A stretch of 56,627 nt of DNA from Octopus bimaculoides (Eukaryota): contig NC_068982.1 in NCBI RefSeq assembly GCF_001194135.2, positions 51,684,825 through 51,741,451 of the forward strand. The letters run 5' to 3'. The notes below the pieces were generated by a model. That model saw nothing but the letters and a program-made list of their open reading frames with translations. It did no database searches and had not been told where the DNA came from. The translations under genes were made by a program, and so were the position numbers. Position 1 is the first letter of the stretch; every line of letters begins with the position of its first letter. This document shows, piece by piece, positions 1-12,015 of the stretch.

Positions 1-271
1 TAATCTACAGAGCAAATTTGTTGGAACACTTTTATTTGACCGCTTCTCAAAGGCATCCATGCATGCTTTTACCCCTTCATTGTGGTCAATATTAGGATAT
101 AAGGAGGAAACATCCATGGTTACCAAAAATTTTCAATCACCTTTTGGTTTGAACTTGAGAAAGACAGACGTTCTGTCGAAATGTTGTTCAAAAAATAAAA
201 CATCTAAAATCGCGCTCTTCGTTTTGACTATTTACCTTCGTGAAGAGTTACATCAATCCTTTTTTTAAAAA

Positions 272-303
<32 letters not shown>
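272..303. repeat. (ATT)n microsatellite
   Basis: Direct: run of tattattatt. Confidence 0.95.
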
Positions 304-304
<1 letters not shown>

Positions 305-307
305 TCA

Positions 308-522
308 GGCAGTGAGCTGGCAGAATTGTTAGCATGCCAGGTGAAATGCTTAGCAGCATTTCATCCATCCTTACATTCTGAGTTCAAATTCCATCAAGGT
401 CGACTTTGCCTTTCATCCTTTCAGGGTCTATAAATTGACCCCAGCGAAACCCTGGGGTCAATGTAATTGATTAGACCCTTCCCTCCAAATTATTTCAGGC
501 CTTGTGCCTATAGCAGAAAGGG
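308..522 (+). mobile_element. tRNA-derived SINE, family A (GGCGGTGAGCTGGCAGAA head)
   Basis: A-box-like gagctggcagaattg, B-box gagttcaaattcc, body ggtcgactttgcctttcatcctttcaggg; homologous copies recur throughout the window. Confidence 0.85.
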
Positions 523-1413
523 TTATTATTATTATTACTACTGAAAGGGCAGTGGATGGGAGAAATGGTTGTGCATCAGATAAATTGCTTTTGCAGTACC
601 ATTAGTTATATCCTTTATGTCATAAGTTTAAATCTTAAGGGAGGTTTTCATTTCCTCCTTCCAGGGCTGATATTTAGTTTTGTTCCTCTATATTCTAAGT
701 TCAGTAAATTTTTGCTTTTTGTATCCTTCCAGGGCTGATAAAATAGATACCAGTTAAGTACTGGGGTAAATTGCATCTACTATTTCCCTCCTCATTATTG
801 TGTTTAGTTTCCTTTCGAGCATTCTGGATTCAAGCCCTCTCAGTATGAGGACAACTACCTTTCACATCTCTCTGATTATTTTAGAGATGTTGGGCAAAGG
901 AACTAACAAATGAATGGTAAAGAATGATACTAGTTATTTTATGGTGTTATCTATTTTGGTTCTTTAGGGTTCTAATTTCAAATCCTACCATGGCTAACTT
1001 TTGTCCTTCATCACTCCAGAGTTAAGATAAAGTAAACAAAAGTAAGACAAGAAATTTGAGTTGATTATACTCCTTTCACTTCTGAAGTAGAGATAGAAAA
1101 AAAAAACATTTAATTCTCATTTATATTCAACCTGGCTGATGTCACTTTTTAAGAAAAGGGCTGAAATTTTAAAATTTTCGATAGGTTTTTCTTAACTCTT
1201 GTATAAATTGAGTGTGAAAATGTTAACGTTTACAAAAACATCTGTTTAAAGTAGGAATGCTATAGTAAGTCAATGATTATAAGTTTTGTTTATAAAAAAT
1301 GGACCTCATGAAAAGAAAAAAAAACACCCATTGAAAGATGGTATATCAGAAAGCAAAAAAAATATTCAGAGTAGAAGCAATATCAAGAGCAGGAAGAAAT
1401 GAAATATAGAAGC

Positions 1414-1415
<2 letters not shown>

Positions 1416-1465
<50 letters not shown>

Positions 1466-1612
1466 NNNNNNNNNNNNNNNNNNNNNNNNNNNNNNNNNNN
1501 NNNNNNNNNNNNNNNNNNNNNNNNNNNNNNNNNNNNNNNNNNNNNNNNNNNNNNNNNNNNNNNNNNNNNNNNNNNNNNNNNNNNNNNNNTCTCTCTCTCT
1601 CTCTCTCACTCT
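1416..1612. repeat. (CT)n microsatellite spanning an assembly gap (N 1466-1589)
   Basis: Direct. Confidence 0.95.
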
Positions 1613-2232
1613 TTCTCTCTCTATATATATATTGGTTTAGATAGTGTTAAATGGAAATAAGAGAGATTATAGATTATTGACTAAAAAGAGATCAGAGATA
1701 AGATGAATAGGTTTTACACACCAACATCTGGATTATCAATATTAAACGCCACTTTTAAGTTACTTGTTACAAGATGACATTTTAATTTTTCTAGTTTCTG
1801 ATAAAAAGAAAATACATTTAGCTACAGTATAGATAATTCTTTGAAAGGCACGGTTTAAAAACTCATGAAAGTGTCCAAATTTTCACACGAAGTCAAGTTC
1901 TGGCTGTTTAAGAAAAAAAATGTGCTGTAATTCAGTTTGATAAGAGCTGATCTAGGAATAAACCACAACATAAGATTGCATGTCATCACTTTAACATTTG
2001 ACCCAGGACTGAACCACTATAAACTTAAAGTATCTCTAACTTGCATCCAAGATATTTTCTTTTTGCACTACTGTTGAAAGAATATTTACAATAGATCACA
2101 CTCATTGTACCATGTTATTAAATACCCAATCAGTTAATTCAGAATAAATTCATTAAAAATTTGTAAAGAAAATTTATCCCTAGCAAGCCAAGCTAGAAGG
2201 AATGCTCTCTAATTTGCAGTGTTTATTATCTT

Positions 2233-2452
2233 GATGGTGAGCTGTCAGAAATGTTAGTACATCAGACAAAATGCTTAGCATCATTTCTTTTTACTCTTTA
2301 CATTTCTGAGCTCAACATCCACTGAGGTTAACTTTGCCCTTCATCTTTTCAGAGATGATAAAGTAAGTACCAGTCAAGTACTGGGGTTGATGTAATTGAG
2401 TTGCACCCTCTCTTCAACAGTACTGGCCTTACACCCAAATTAGAAAGAATTA
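2233..2452 (+). mobile_element. tRNA-derived SINE, family A, decayed
   Basis: Aligns by eye to 308-522 and the reverse complement of 36608-36841. Confidence 0.8.
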
Positions 2453-3766
2453 TATTGCTATTATGCTAAGGAAAAGCATTAACTACACTGTTTATAGTAT
2501 ATTTGCAAGAGGTTATTTTTTTTAATAGTGCCAATTTCTTTTTTTTTTATGGCCAATCAATCATTCCTTACAGACTGATTCTAAATGACCTTGAAAGCAT
2601 TAATAAACTCCTCACTTTCCCACTATTACATTGTTGTTAGTCATAAACAATTCACTTTTCTGCTCCCTTCAGAACTGAATCCATTCCATCTATTTTTGCT
2701 TTCTCATCAGTCATACTTGTTGCTTCCCTAAATCAAAGACTTTCTCACAAAATGTCTTAGTCTCTCTGGTGAGAAATTTCTATTATCTTTAGTGCAGGCT
2801 TCATGCTTTGCCAACATATGTAATATTATTATTCTTTCTTTTTACTTTTCTTTTCTCCCTGCCTTTTTATTGTATTTTATTTTTTAAACAAAAATTTCTA
2901 CTTTGTCATTCCATATTTTCTCTTTCACAATTGGCTGGAAGAGACAATTTTTGGGTGTGTCTCAGACATTTGGTAACATCTGCTACTTTAGGCAGCAGAC
3001 CATACTGTGTGTATGTACATACATATTCTTGTACTTGAATAGGGGTTTTTTTTCCCCTTCTGTACATTCCTGATTTGTTTCTTGAATCAATTATCCTACT
3101 TCTTCTCAATATTTAACCACTTTTTATTTGTATCTATAAAAATTACATAGAGAGAAATAACTATGTATGTCTTTCTTTTTCTCATTGTCTCTCTTTCTCT
3201 TCTTTCCCTCTTCTCCTTTCTTTCATTTCACCCTCCCCCTTCTGCTTTCTTCCATTCCATTGATTGCTTCTTTCCCTCTTTTCCTCTCACCATCCTCTCT
3301 CTCTCTTATGTATGTGTCTCTGCCACAAAATCTTATATATTTTTCATCTTATTTTAGTACACTGTAAATAAACTTCAGTGTCTGTCCTCTCAGTAAGCTA
3401 GGATTGTAAAAGTGTTTCTTTGTAGACATTCCAGATTTCAGTATTTGAATGTGAATCTGCCATTCTATATTTCAGTGATAGTGTTAGTAGTAGTAGCAGC
3501 AATTCTAGGAAAGCATAAAGAGTTGAAGTTGATTTACAATGATTTGTTAAAGTTCATATTCCATGACCTTTCACATGTCATGTTAAGGACTTGTGAATAA
3601 CATTTTATTTTTGTTTCTTTTGTAACAATACCAAACAATATCAGTTACTAGGAACAGAAAGAAAAACTAGAATCCGAGGAAACTAGTGATGACTGGTCTG
3701 CTTGAAATGTCAGAACTCCTCTCTCCTCACAGCACACAAAATTAGCTCCTGAATTTTTAGTTACTA

Positions 3767-3938
3767 CTGTTAACTGACCAGAACCAACAACCTTGTTCAC
3801 TATGTATTATACTCTGTTAACCTGCCATTGCTGGCTATTCTGTTAACTGACCAGAATCAACTACTTTGTTCACTGACTAAAACTGACTACTATATTATTG
3901 TTAACCTACCACAGTTGGCTGCCCTGTTAACTGACCAG
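3767..3938. repeat. Diverged tandem repeat, units of 73 and 84 bp plus a partial third unit
   Basis: ctgttaactgaccag starts at 3767, 3840 and 3924; internal ttgttcact and tgttaacct shared by the first two units. Confidence 0.8.
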
Positions 3939-4007
3939 GGTAGAAAAATTAGGATTCCATGGTTGTGTGCATGTGTTGGTGAGTGCATGCATGTGAACAT
4001 ATGCATG

Positions 4008-4012
<5 letters not shown>

Positions 4013-4082
<70 letters not shown>
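4013..4082. repeat. (AT)n(GT)n compound microsatellite
   Basis: Direct. Confidence 0.95.
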
Positions 4083-4159
4083 ATTATCCAAAAAGTATAG
4101 TATTAAATATCCATCACGGTTGATCTTACCATTCAGTTTCACATAAACCTCACATAAAT

Positions 4160-4420
4160 CTTCAATACCTGATTTATCAATATCTCCTTATGTCACAGCT
4201 TTGTAATGTTCCTCTATCCTTATTTTGAGGGGGTGACATATTTTGCCTTTGTATAACCTACCACACCTGCATGGGATGGAGTACAAGCAGTCTTTGGTCA
4301 TACTCTCTTCTACTGGTGGTTTTACTCAAAGGAGATATTTGCGAAGTGTTGTATTGCTCTTGAATATTGTCCTGATGTCATATGGGCCACATATCTTTTG
4401 TATCTTTTCGGAGATATTGA
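4160..4420 (-). mobile_element. Penelope-like element, inverted 5' piece: GIY-YIG endonuclease N-terminal half (fossil)
   Basis: Minus-strand translation ISEKIQKICGPYDIRTIFKSNTTLRKYLL*VKPPVEESMTKDCLYSIPCRCGRLYKGKICHPLKIRIEEHYKAVT*GDIDKSGIED fits the PLE GIY-YIG pattern (YxIPCxCGxxYxG...RxxEH); two in-frame stops. Confidence 0.85.
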
Positions 4421-4686
4421 TAAATTTTTGGAGATATAGATAAATCGGGTATAACTGATCATGTATGGAAAAAACAGAGACTACCTCTCCCTGTGGGATG
4501 AAGTTAAATAGACAGAGAACACCACTGGAAAATACGAAAACTAAAAGAGGCAGCACATATGCTTGGACATAATAACCTCCTAAGCAGACCAAGTGCAGAT
4601 ATGAGTATCATATGGGAACTGGTATTAAGGAAGGATAGGAAAATATTAGATTTATAGCCCTAAAATTCACTCCATAATTGCCCACG

Positions 4687-4757
4687 GGCATATGGCGTAG
4701 TGGTTAAGAGTACAGGCTACTAACCCAAGATTCTGAGTTTAATTCTAGGCAGTGACC
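4687..4757 (+). other. tRNA-like segment (Pol III A/B boxes) inside the Penelope 3' region; not a functional tRNA
   Basis: A box TGGCGTAGTGG matches TRGCNNAGYGG; anticodon-loop-like CTACTAA; degenerate B box GAGTTTAATTC; overall resemblance to tRNA-Thr(AGT); followed by (AAT)4. Confidence 0.7.
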
Positions 4758-4823
4758 TGAATAATAATAATAACATCAGAAAAATACTTTAGGAATGAGA
4801 ACCCAGGTTCAAAATACCCCCAA

Positions 4824-4869
4824 GACACCTGATGAAGGCTGGAGAGTACACCAGCCAAAATGTTGTGGT
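4824..4869 (+). ncRNA. Minimal type-I hammerhead ribozyme motif, mutated core
   Basis: gacac-CTGATGA-a-GGCTGG agagtaca CCAGCC-AAAA-TGT-T-gtggt; perfect 6-bp stem II; GAAAC replaced by AAAAT; context is a PLE pLTR, where such ribozymes are established. Confidence 0.75.
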
Positions 4870-7329
4870 AAGAACAAACAAGATGAGGACAAATGTAAAT
4901 AATGTAAATAATGTACATAATTCTTCATCTCTCAAATATAGAACTGTAGCCATTTTTTTTTTCTTTAAAAAAAAAAATTGAAAGAGAAGCAGCCATCCTC
5001 TCCAGCTCTTCACTATAGTGTAGACTCTAAGTCACATACTTCAATGAAACATTCTTTGATTCATTATCAGATGCATAGTGTATGCACATAGCTGTTCATT
5101 GTGAAGAAACAGCTGTTGTTTCATTCATAAGAAATGAACATATAGTTTTTGCCTTAATTTCATTTAGTTCTGATTTTCTTATAGAAGTAGCCAAAGACTT
5201 GATTATGTTATTCTGAATGCTGTTTGAGAGGTCTATTTTTGTCTTTTTTTGGTGGAGGTGGCTCTTATTTCCTTGTAAAAATAGTAAATTTATTCAAACA
5301 GGCCACATTATACATATTTCAGAGACTAGCTAGCTTTGTTGTTCACAAAACACTTGAAAGTCAAATTCTTACTTTAGCTCTTTCATATGATAATAGAGAT
5401 TTGTAACAGACACAAAGTGTTCCTACTATAATTGTTATACTTGTGGGAAAATTGTATCATTTATAATGAATAAACTAGATATTTTTATTCCCTTTCAATG
5501 AAAATTGTCTTGTTCATTAAAAGCAATTTCATATGAAAAATTTAAGGGTTATGTTGTTGAATAAATCATTTATTAATTTGTAAATATATTAGTTTAGTAT
5601 TTGCACATTGGTAACTGCAATGATTGATTTAATAATAGTGGAATATGTAGTGAAACAGGTGATGGAAATGTGTACTCTATTAAAATAGTGTTTGCCTTTT
5701 TGAAAATTACTTTTTACTCAAAATTCGAAGAACAGGAATGCAGGCATCCTGGTTCCTGCCTCTATGTGCTTTAAATGAAAATAAGCTAGGAATCAACATA
5801 AAATAATTTGCTATAGGAAATTCTGAAAAAGTGCTGATGCAAAAAGGTTTTCTGTTGCTATTGTTCTAAAGCTGTCACTGCTGTGTTGCATTAGTTCTTG
5901 GAAGATCTGATAGTACTTCCATATCACCATTGTGCTGGTCATTGTTCTGCATGACAGTGTCAGAGTGGCTTGTTTGAAGTGATATATGGGTTGACATGAC
6001 ATAGTGATGATAGCACTATGACTGACACAATTTCAGAAGATTTAGTAGATGGCATCAGAAATAAAGTCGTTTAACTAAAAGTCAAGGTTGCTAATGTAAA
6101 GCATAAGAATTATTGATCAACTTGTAAACACATGCTACCCAATCATGTCAAAATGTGGCTGTAAACATTTGCTGTGCTATTTAATCGTTATTTTTGTAAT
6201 TAATTGAAACACATAGTATATTTTATAAGAAACTAATTAAGGGATCCAATCTTGCCTGAAGGCTTCAGTTTGCCTTTTCTTTTGGTAGAGGCAAAAGAGG
6301 CATAGCCAAATGATAATTCCACTCCTACACCATTTTATGCAAGGCCTGTAATATCTAACAGTCATTTGAAAGTAGGAATTATATTTTATATATATTAAAT
6401 TTCAGACCTTATAAAAGTCAAGTCTGATATATAGGGCATAATACCTGAATGTTTTATAAATATAAACCAAATTTAAATGTAAGATAATTAATGAATTGTA
6501 TTCTATCTTTTATGATATTTGATACCACATACTAAATTTTCAAAGATATGATTTTTAATGATGAATTTTAATAACTAGTGTTTCAATATATACTATCTAT
6601 ACAGCATAATCTAAGAGAGGGGAATGAGAAAGAGTGTGTGTGTGTGTGTAAGAGACAGAAAAAAATCAGCACTCTATTGTAGCTACTTCCTTTTTTGAAT
6701 ACTCACTATTTTAAACCAGAAGGGCATCAAATTCAGATTTTATTCTTCATGCATTATTCTGGTATGATTTGGGATTTGTTTGCACACTTCAGAAAATATT
6801 TATTAAGGAATGATGTTGTATCAAAAAAAAAAAAAGAAAAGAAAAAAGAAGCCAGTTATAGATACGACCACAACAGTGTTAATGCATTGCTGTGTATAAT
6901 TATATCCTTTTTTTTTTTTAGTATGTCTAAAACCCAACCAGATCTTCTTTGTCTTTTATCTGTCTGGTGGCATTAAGTACCAGTAAAGTATTGAGGGCAA
7001 TTATATTGACTATACCTTCACCCAGCCTCACAAAATGTGTAGCTATGTGTCTGACAGAAATTATTGAACTGGCAGAATGGCAGAGAAGATGGTGTACCAT
7101 ATTAAATTATTTACCACATTTAGCTCTGTCCCACATTCTTGAGTTCAAATGGTACTGGTGTCAAACTTCTAAGATAGAAAAATTTAATGTAAGGGAAACT
7201 TGGCTGCTATTTTTAGCAGGTTCAGCAATCATTTAAAGACTCCATTGTTAGCACAACCAAACTGGTCATTTTAATGTGTTATTTAGATTGTTTCCTTTGA
7301 ATTCTAACTAGTATTAATAATATAGTAGT

Positions 7330-7765
7330 CATCGTCATCCTCATTTAACATCCACTTTTCCATGTTTGCATGGGTCAGATGGAGTTTATTAAGACAAATT
7401 TTTAATGGCCTGATGCCCTTCTCATCACCAACCCTCACCTGTTTCCAAGCAAAGTAATATTTCCCCATAGCCAGACATGGTCTTACAGGATATTGGAAAT
7501 GAACAACACTACTTATGTGACAATGACATCCATTTACAACTTTCACAAGGAAACATAAACACACACACACATATACATATAAACAGATATGCATATACAT
7601 ATATACGACTGACTTTTTTCAATTACCATCCACCAGACCCCTCACACGGATTTGGTCAGCCTGGGGCCATACTAAAAGGCACTTGCCCAAGGTGCCATGC
7701 AGTAGGACTGAATCCAGAACCATGTGGTTGGGAAGCAAACTTCTTGCCACAAAGCCACACTTGTG
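7330..7765 (-). mobile_element. tRNA-headed SINE, family B (CORE-like GGCACCTTGGGCAAGT) with RTE-type (GAT)n tail
   Basis: rc head gtgtggctttgtggcaagaagtttgcttcccaaccacatggttctggattcagtcc, ggcaccttgggcaagtg; tail catgcaaacatggaaaagtggatgttaaatgaggatgacgat. Confidence 0.85.
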
Positions 7766-8719
7766 TCAGTAGTAATACTTTGCATATTGCTAACAATGAT
7801 ACTAACTTCATTAAGAATACATATTTGAGATTTGTGTAAAGTACATTTCCGGGGCACACTTGCTAAAATCTGCACTGCTGAATATACCAATATATCTTAA
7901 TTAGATCAGACTCACTGTCTACTGCATTCCATATTTAATTAATTTAATTAAAATCTTTAGATTATCTCCCCTGCTTTTTGACCAGAATTAATCACTTAGA
8001 TAATTATTGTTCTCATCATTAAAGGTGCAGTTTTAATTAGAATATCTTAACTTACTATATCAAATATGCTAACACCTTTACTTTCGTATTTAGCGAATTG
8101 TACAGTACGTCATTCTAATGCCTTTAACTTTTGTTTTTTCTTTTTTAACTTTGTTCAATGACCAAATAAACAACAATTAAATATTGTAACATTATAAAAG
8201 ATTTAACAGCCATATGTGCACTAATAGAAGTAACTCTTGCAAAGGCTGAATCTAATTTCTTAAACACAAGACCAATTATCCAAAGGCGGATGGGGAGAGA
8301 CATAAATCTTTTGTGACTCATTATCATAAATTTTGCATCAGTTTTTTTCCATGCAGGCACAAGTGGAATGCCCTTACAACACTGTGCCATTAACTATGGA
8401 CCTTCATCATCCGGATTGTATAACAATGGAGAAAAACAACTGCCAACCCTTTCCCAATCATCATCTCCATTATAAGCATAATTGCTATCTGCTCCATCAA
8501 GCAAACCTATCTCTGCAAAGTTTCATTAGAAGTTTTGAGTTTCCAAAAAGTTATCATTGCCTGCCACCAAGCCTTGTATGTGCACTCTTCCTACAGTTCT
8601 TATGTTAATTCTTTCTGTATCTTTCTTTTACTCTCTCTTCCCTTCTTTCTGTACAATGCAAAGTGTTACTGGAGAAAGCAACCAATCCACCAACCAATAT
8701 TGGTGAATATCATATTGAA

Positions 8720-8925
8720 ATCTATCTATCTATCTATCTATCCCTCCCTCCCTCCCTCCCTACCTACCTACCTACCTACTGCTTCTTTACCTCTTCTAGC
8801 AACATCTTGTCAAGTATATTCTTCTGAAACAGTAAAGTGTGTGTGTCTACCTGCAAGTATGTGTGTGTGTGTCTACCTGCAAGTATGTGTGTGTGTGTCT
8901 ACCTGCAAGTTTGTGTGTGTGTCAT
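8720..8925. repeat. Compound tetranucleotide microsatellites plus three tandem copies of (gt)n-ctacctgcaagt
   Basis: Direct. Confidence 0.9.
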
Positions 8926-9059
8926 GTATTAGGCATCCATCAACCACATAACCTTTATCATCTTTACCATCCCCCTACCACTGCTTTTCTATTTCAATGT
9001 TTCTCTATCAACTTATGTTAATTTTGTATATCTCTCTCTTTTTCTCTTTCTATGTCTAT

Positions 9060-9125
9060 CTACCTGTCTGTCTGTCTGTCTGTCTGTATGTATGTATGTA
9101 TGTATGTATGTATGTATGTATGTAT
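9060..9125. repeat. (GTCT)n(GTAT)n microsatellite
   Basis: Direct. Confidence 0.95.
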
Positions 9126-9182
9126 AAGCACACGCACATATATGTACATACTTACATCTACATGTGTATATAGATGCATATT

Positions 9183-9400
9183 CAGGTACAGGACATTAGA
9201 AAAATGAACTACAGACAACGGAACGAACACATAGGAAAACAAATAGCCACTTGGAATTATTCCTTCATTAGCTGTCTCTATTCTAAACTAGGCATTTCGA
9301 AGATAAGGCAGGACGCACTCTTAGAATAGTTTCTTCCTGAGTAGTGGATCAACCCACTAAACAGAGGATTCCAAGGTAGCAAACATATATATGATGTAAA
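9183..9400. mobile_element. Interspersed repeat, homologous to 41612-41765; class uncertain, possibly a Penelope-type tail
   Basis: Shared ggtacagga...gaacacataggaaaac...agccactt...ccttc(a/g)t(t/c)agctg(t/c)ctctattctaaactaggc. Confidence 0.6.
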
Positions 9401-10364
9401 GTATTACTAGAGAAATAAATCAACCAACATACATATCAGTGATCTAGAGATTTAATATAGTAAGTTCCACATGTGTGTATATGTACAGCATTGCACATCT
9501 ACTTAGTAATTTTCTCCTGACTACTTAAGCAAGTATAGTGAAGTCAATGCTTTACTGAGGAAGTCTTATAAGTCTGAAATAAGTCCAGGGTTGTCTCCTG
9601 TACTTGCTTGACAAAATAATGTAAATGATAATATTAGTCATTGACCTAATGTTATTCATTTCCTCACTAATTAAATGTTAACACTGACTTAAATATTGTT
9701 TTCATGTGGATGGTGTCTCTAAATAATAAAGTTCTGTTTTACTTTTTTTTTTCTTTTTTTATTCTTTTTTTTATCTCAATACAGTATATAAAGGGACTTG
9801 TTCTCTCAACTGCAGAGAGTTAAAAAGCAAATCTGAACCAACAGTAGGACATTTAAGTTTAACGGTGCCTGCATCAATGAGCGATTTGTTATTGGACTAA
9901 TTCTTGTCTGAGCTTGTCTTAAGCATTATACATTTACTGTTTTAAAAAATTTTACATAGTGACCTAATTTCAGTATCTGCTATGTTAATGGCTTTTTGTT
10001 TTTCTTTAAATCTAAGTTTTATTATTTAATAGTTTGTTTCATATATTGATTCTCAGGCTGTTTACACTCATACAACTAGTACATAACATTCTTATTTGTC
10101 ATATCTGCAACTTAAATATTTTAAGACTTTCATTGCATTTCTTTAAAGTAACAATCTCTTATTGGCTTAGAAGCTTGTTGCTGCTGGCCACATTGTCTAT
10201 TGACAGATTCATATATGCAAAGTAATGTCTCTAAAGACTATCAGCCCAGCAAATTTCTCCCCAAGGATTACATTATCATATAAACAATTTCTTTTTGTAT
10301 GGAAGTAAAAAAAAAAAAATGTACCAGTAAAATGTAGTTTCAGAATTATGATTATTTAGTATTT

Positions 10365-10367
<3 letters not shown>

Positions 10368-10409
<42 letters not shown>
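10368..10409. repeat. (AC)n microsatellite
   Basis: Direct. Confidence 0.95.
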
Positions 10410-10411
<2 letters not shown>

Positions 10412-10447
10412 ATGAATGGATGGCTGATTGTACGTATGTATGCACAC

Positions 10448-10640
10448 AGGGCAGAATTGTTAGCATAACAGACAGGATGCTTATGGCATTTCTTCTGACT
10501 TTGCTCCGAGTTCAAATTCTGCCAGGGTCTGCTTTACCTTGCATCTTTTCAGGGTTGATAAAGTACCAGTTGAGCACTAGGGTTGATATAATTGGCTCAC
10601 AGTTTCTTTCAAAGTTTCAGGGTTTGTGTCTATAATTAGA
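10448..10640 (+). mobile_element. SINE family A, decayed
   Basis: gcagaattgttagc...gagttcaaattctgcc...ttttcagggttgataaagtaccagttgagcactagggttgat. Confidence 0.8.
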
Positions 10641-11067
10641 CAATATGTGTGTTCATGAATGTTTATATTTCATGTCTTCATATGATTTCATCTGAGCAAA
10701 ACAGTGATGTCATGCTTGCAAGGAGTACTAGTGAAATAATAAAAAGAAATCCCTAACTTGAAAAATAGATAAGGGTTGGCCACAGGAGGGGAACCAAGCT
10801 ATAAAATTATGCTTTAATGAGTCTATCTAATCCACACCAACATGAAAAAATAGGTGTAAACAAATGGATGATCATTGAGTTAGTTCTGTTTTATCATTTA
10901 TTCATGAAATATGGTGTGCTTTTAATATTTCACTCTATGAAAGAACAGTCTTAATTTAATACAAATCATGTAGTGTATTTTTTACTGGTTTCATGCATTA
11001 GACTGTCCAGTCACACTAATCTTATTACTTATTTCAATCTGGTACTTATTTTATCAACTTCTATTAA

Positions 11068-11289
11068 CCCATTACCTCACATAATTCTATTAACTGGAAT
11101 GATCAAAATAACATTTTAAATAGAAATAAGCGAGATATTGGGTGAAAAATTAGCAAACCTCATTTGAATATCAGAGAAATATACCTAGTAGATATAGCAA
11201 AAAGGTTAGATATGTGTAAATATTGACAGATAATTACGAAATTTGTAATTTTTAAGTGATCTCATATGAGATCACTGGTAGGTAATGGG
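11068..11289. mobile_element. piggyBac-like MITE
   Basis: TTAA|cccattacct ... aggtaatggg|TTAA: terminal inverted repeat starting CCC, TTAA on both sides. Confidence 0.75.
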
Positions 11290-11754
11290 TTAAATGGCTA
11301 GCTTAAGCTATCAGATGGCATACTAGCCTAAACACACACACACACACACACACACACAATTGGCATTAGGAAAGGCATCCACACAGAAACCAAACTAAAT
11401 TGGCACAGTGCAGTTACAGCTGTATAGTTAAGGAGCTTGTTTTGACTGCCTGGTACCTCAGGCAAGTTTTATCTACTGTGGCTTCAGGAATTGGTGGACA
11501 GAAACTATGTAGTAGTCATATGTATATAAGCATATGCTTGTACATGTTGATCTCTACACTTCACAAAACAGTGTCTACCTTTATTTCTTGTCATGTAGCA
11601 GTGCTCTAAATACACATTGCTAAAATAAGTACCATACTTACAACATGTACTAAGGTTCATAGGTCAAATAAACCCCTTTAAAGCAGTGTACCAACATGGT
11701 CACTGTTTATACAGTCTAGTAACTGAAAGCAGTAGGAAAGTGTGTGTGTTCATG

Positions 11755-12015
11755 TATACATATTATATATATATATGTGTGTATATATGTATGTATGTAT
11801 GTATGTATAAATGTATGTATATGTATGTAGGAGAATGTACGAAAAAACAACAACAGACGAGGACAGGTGGTGTAAATAACAAAAGGATGTATTAGTATGA
11901 CGCTCGGGAATTGTATATATGTATGTATGTATATGTATGTGTATATATGTATATGTGTATATGTATGTATATATGTATGTATATATGTATGTATATATAT
12001 ATATATATATATGTA
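11755..12015. repeat. Compound (AT)/(GTAT) microsatellite flanking a short repeat fragment (about 11830-11910) related to 41790-41860
   Basis: Direct; the fragment aaaaaacaacaacag...gtattagtatgacgctcggg resembles 41795-41851. Confidence 0.75.

Larger units (their letters stand above)
4430..4948 (+). mobile_element. Penelope-like element 3' end: GIY-YIG C-terminus, tRNA-like cassette, hammerhead-bearing pLTR
   Basis: GDIDKSGITDHVW / LSLWDEVK / IDREHHWKIRKLKEAAHMLGHNNLLSRPSADMSIIWELVLRKDRKILDL* (two frameshifts, stop about 4657), followed by the 3' noncoding region containing the ribozyme motif. Confidence 0.85.

Noticed and set aside
59-268. taaggaggaaacatccatg looks like a bacterial Shine-Dalgarno plus start codon
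   Set aside because: Context is clearly animal repeat-rich DNA; the ORF is short and has no recognisable product
9240-9320. Possible hammerhead on the minus strand (CTAATGA-aggaa-taa-ttcc; CTGACGA-aggaa-aaag-ttcc in the 41720-41745 copy)
   Set aside because: Neither copy has GAAA after stem II or a usable stem III; only half the core is present
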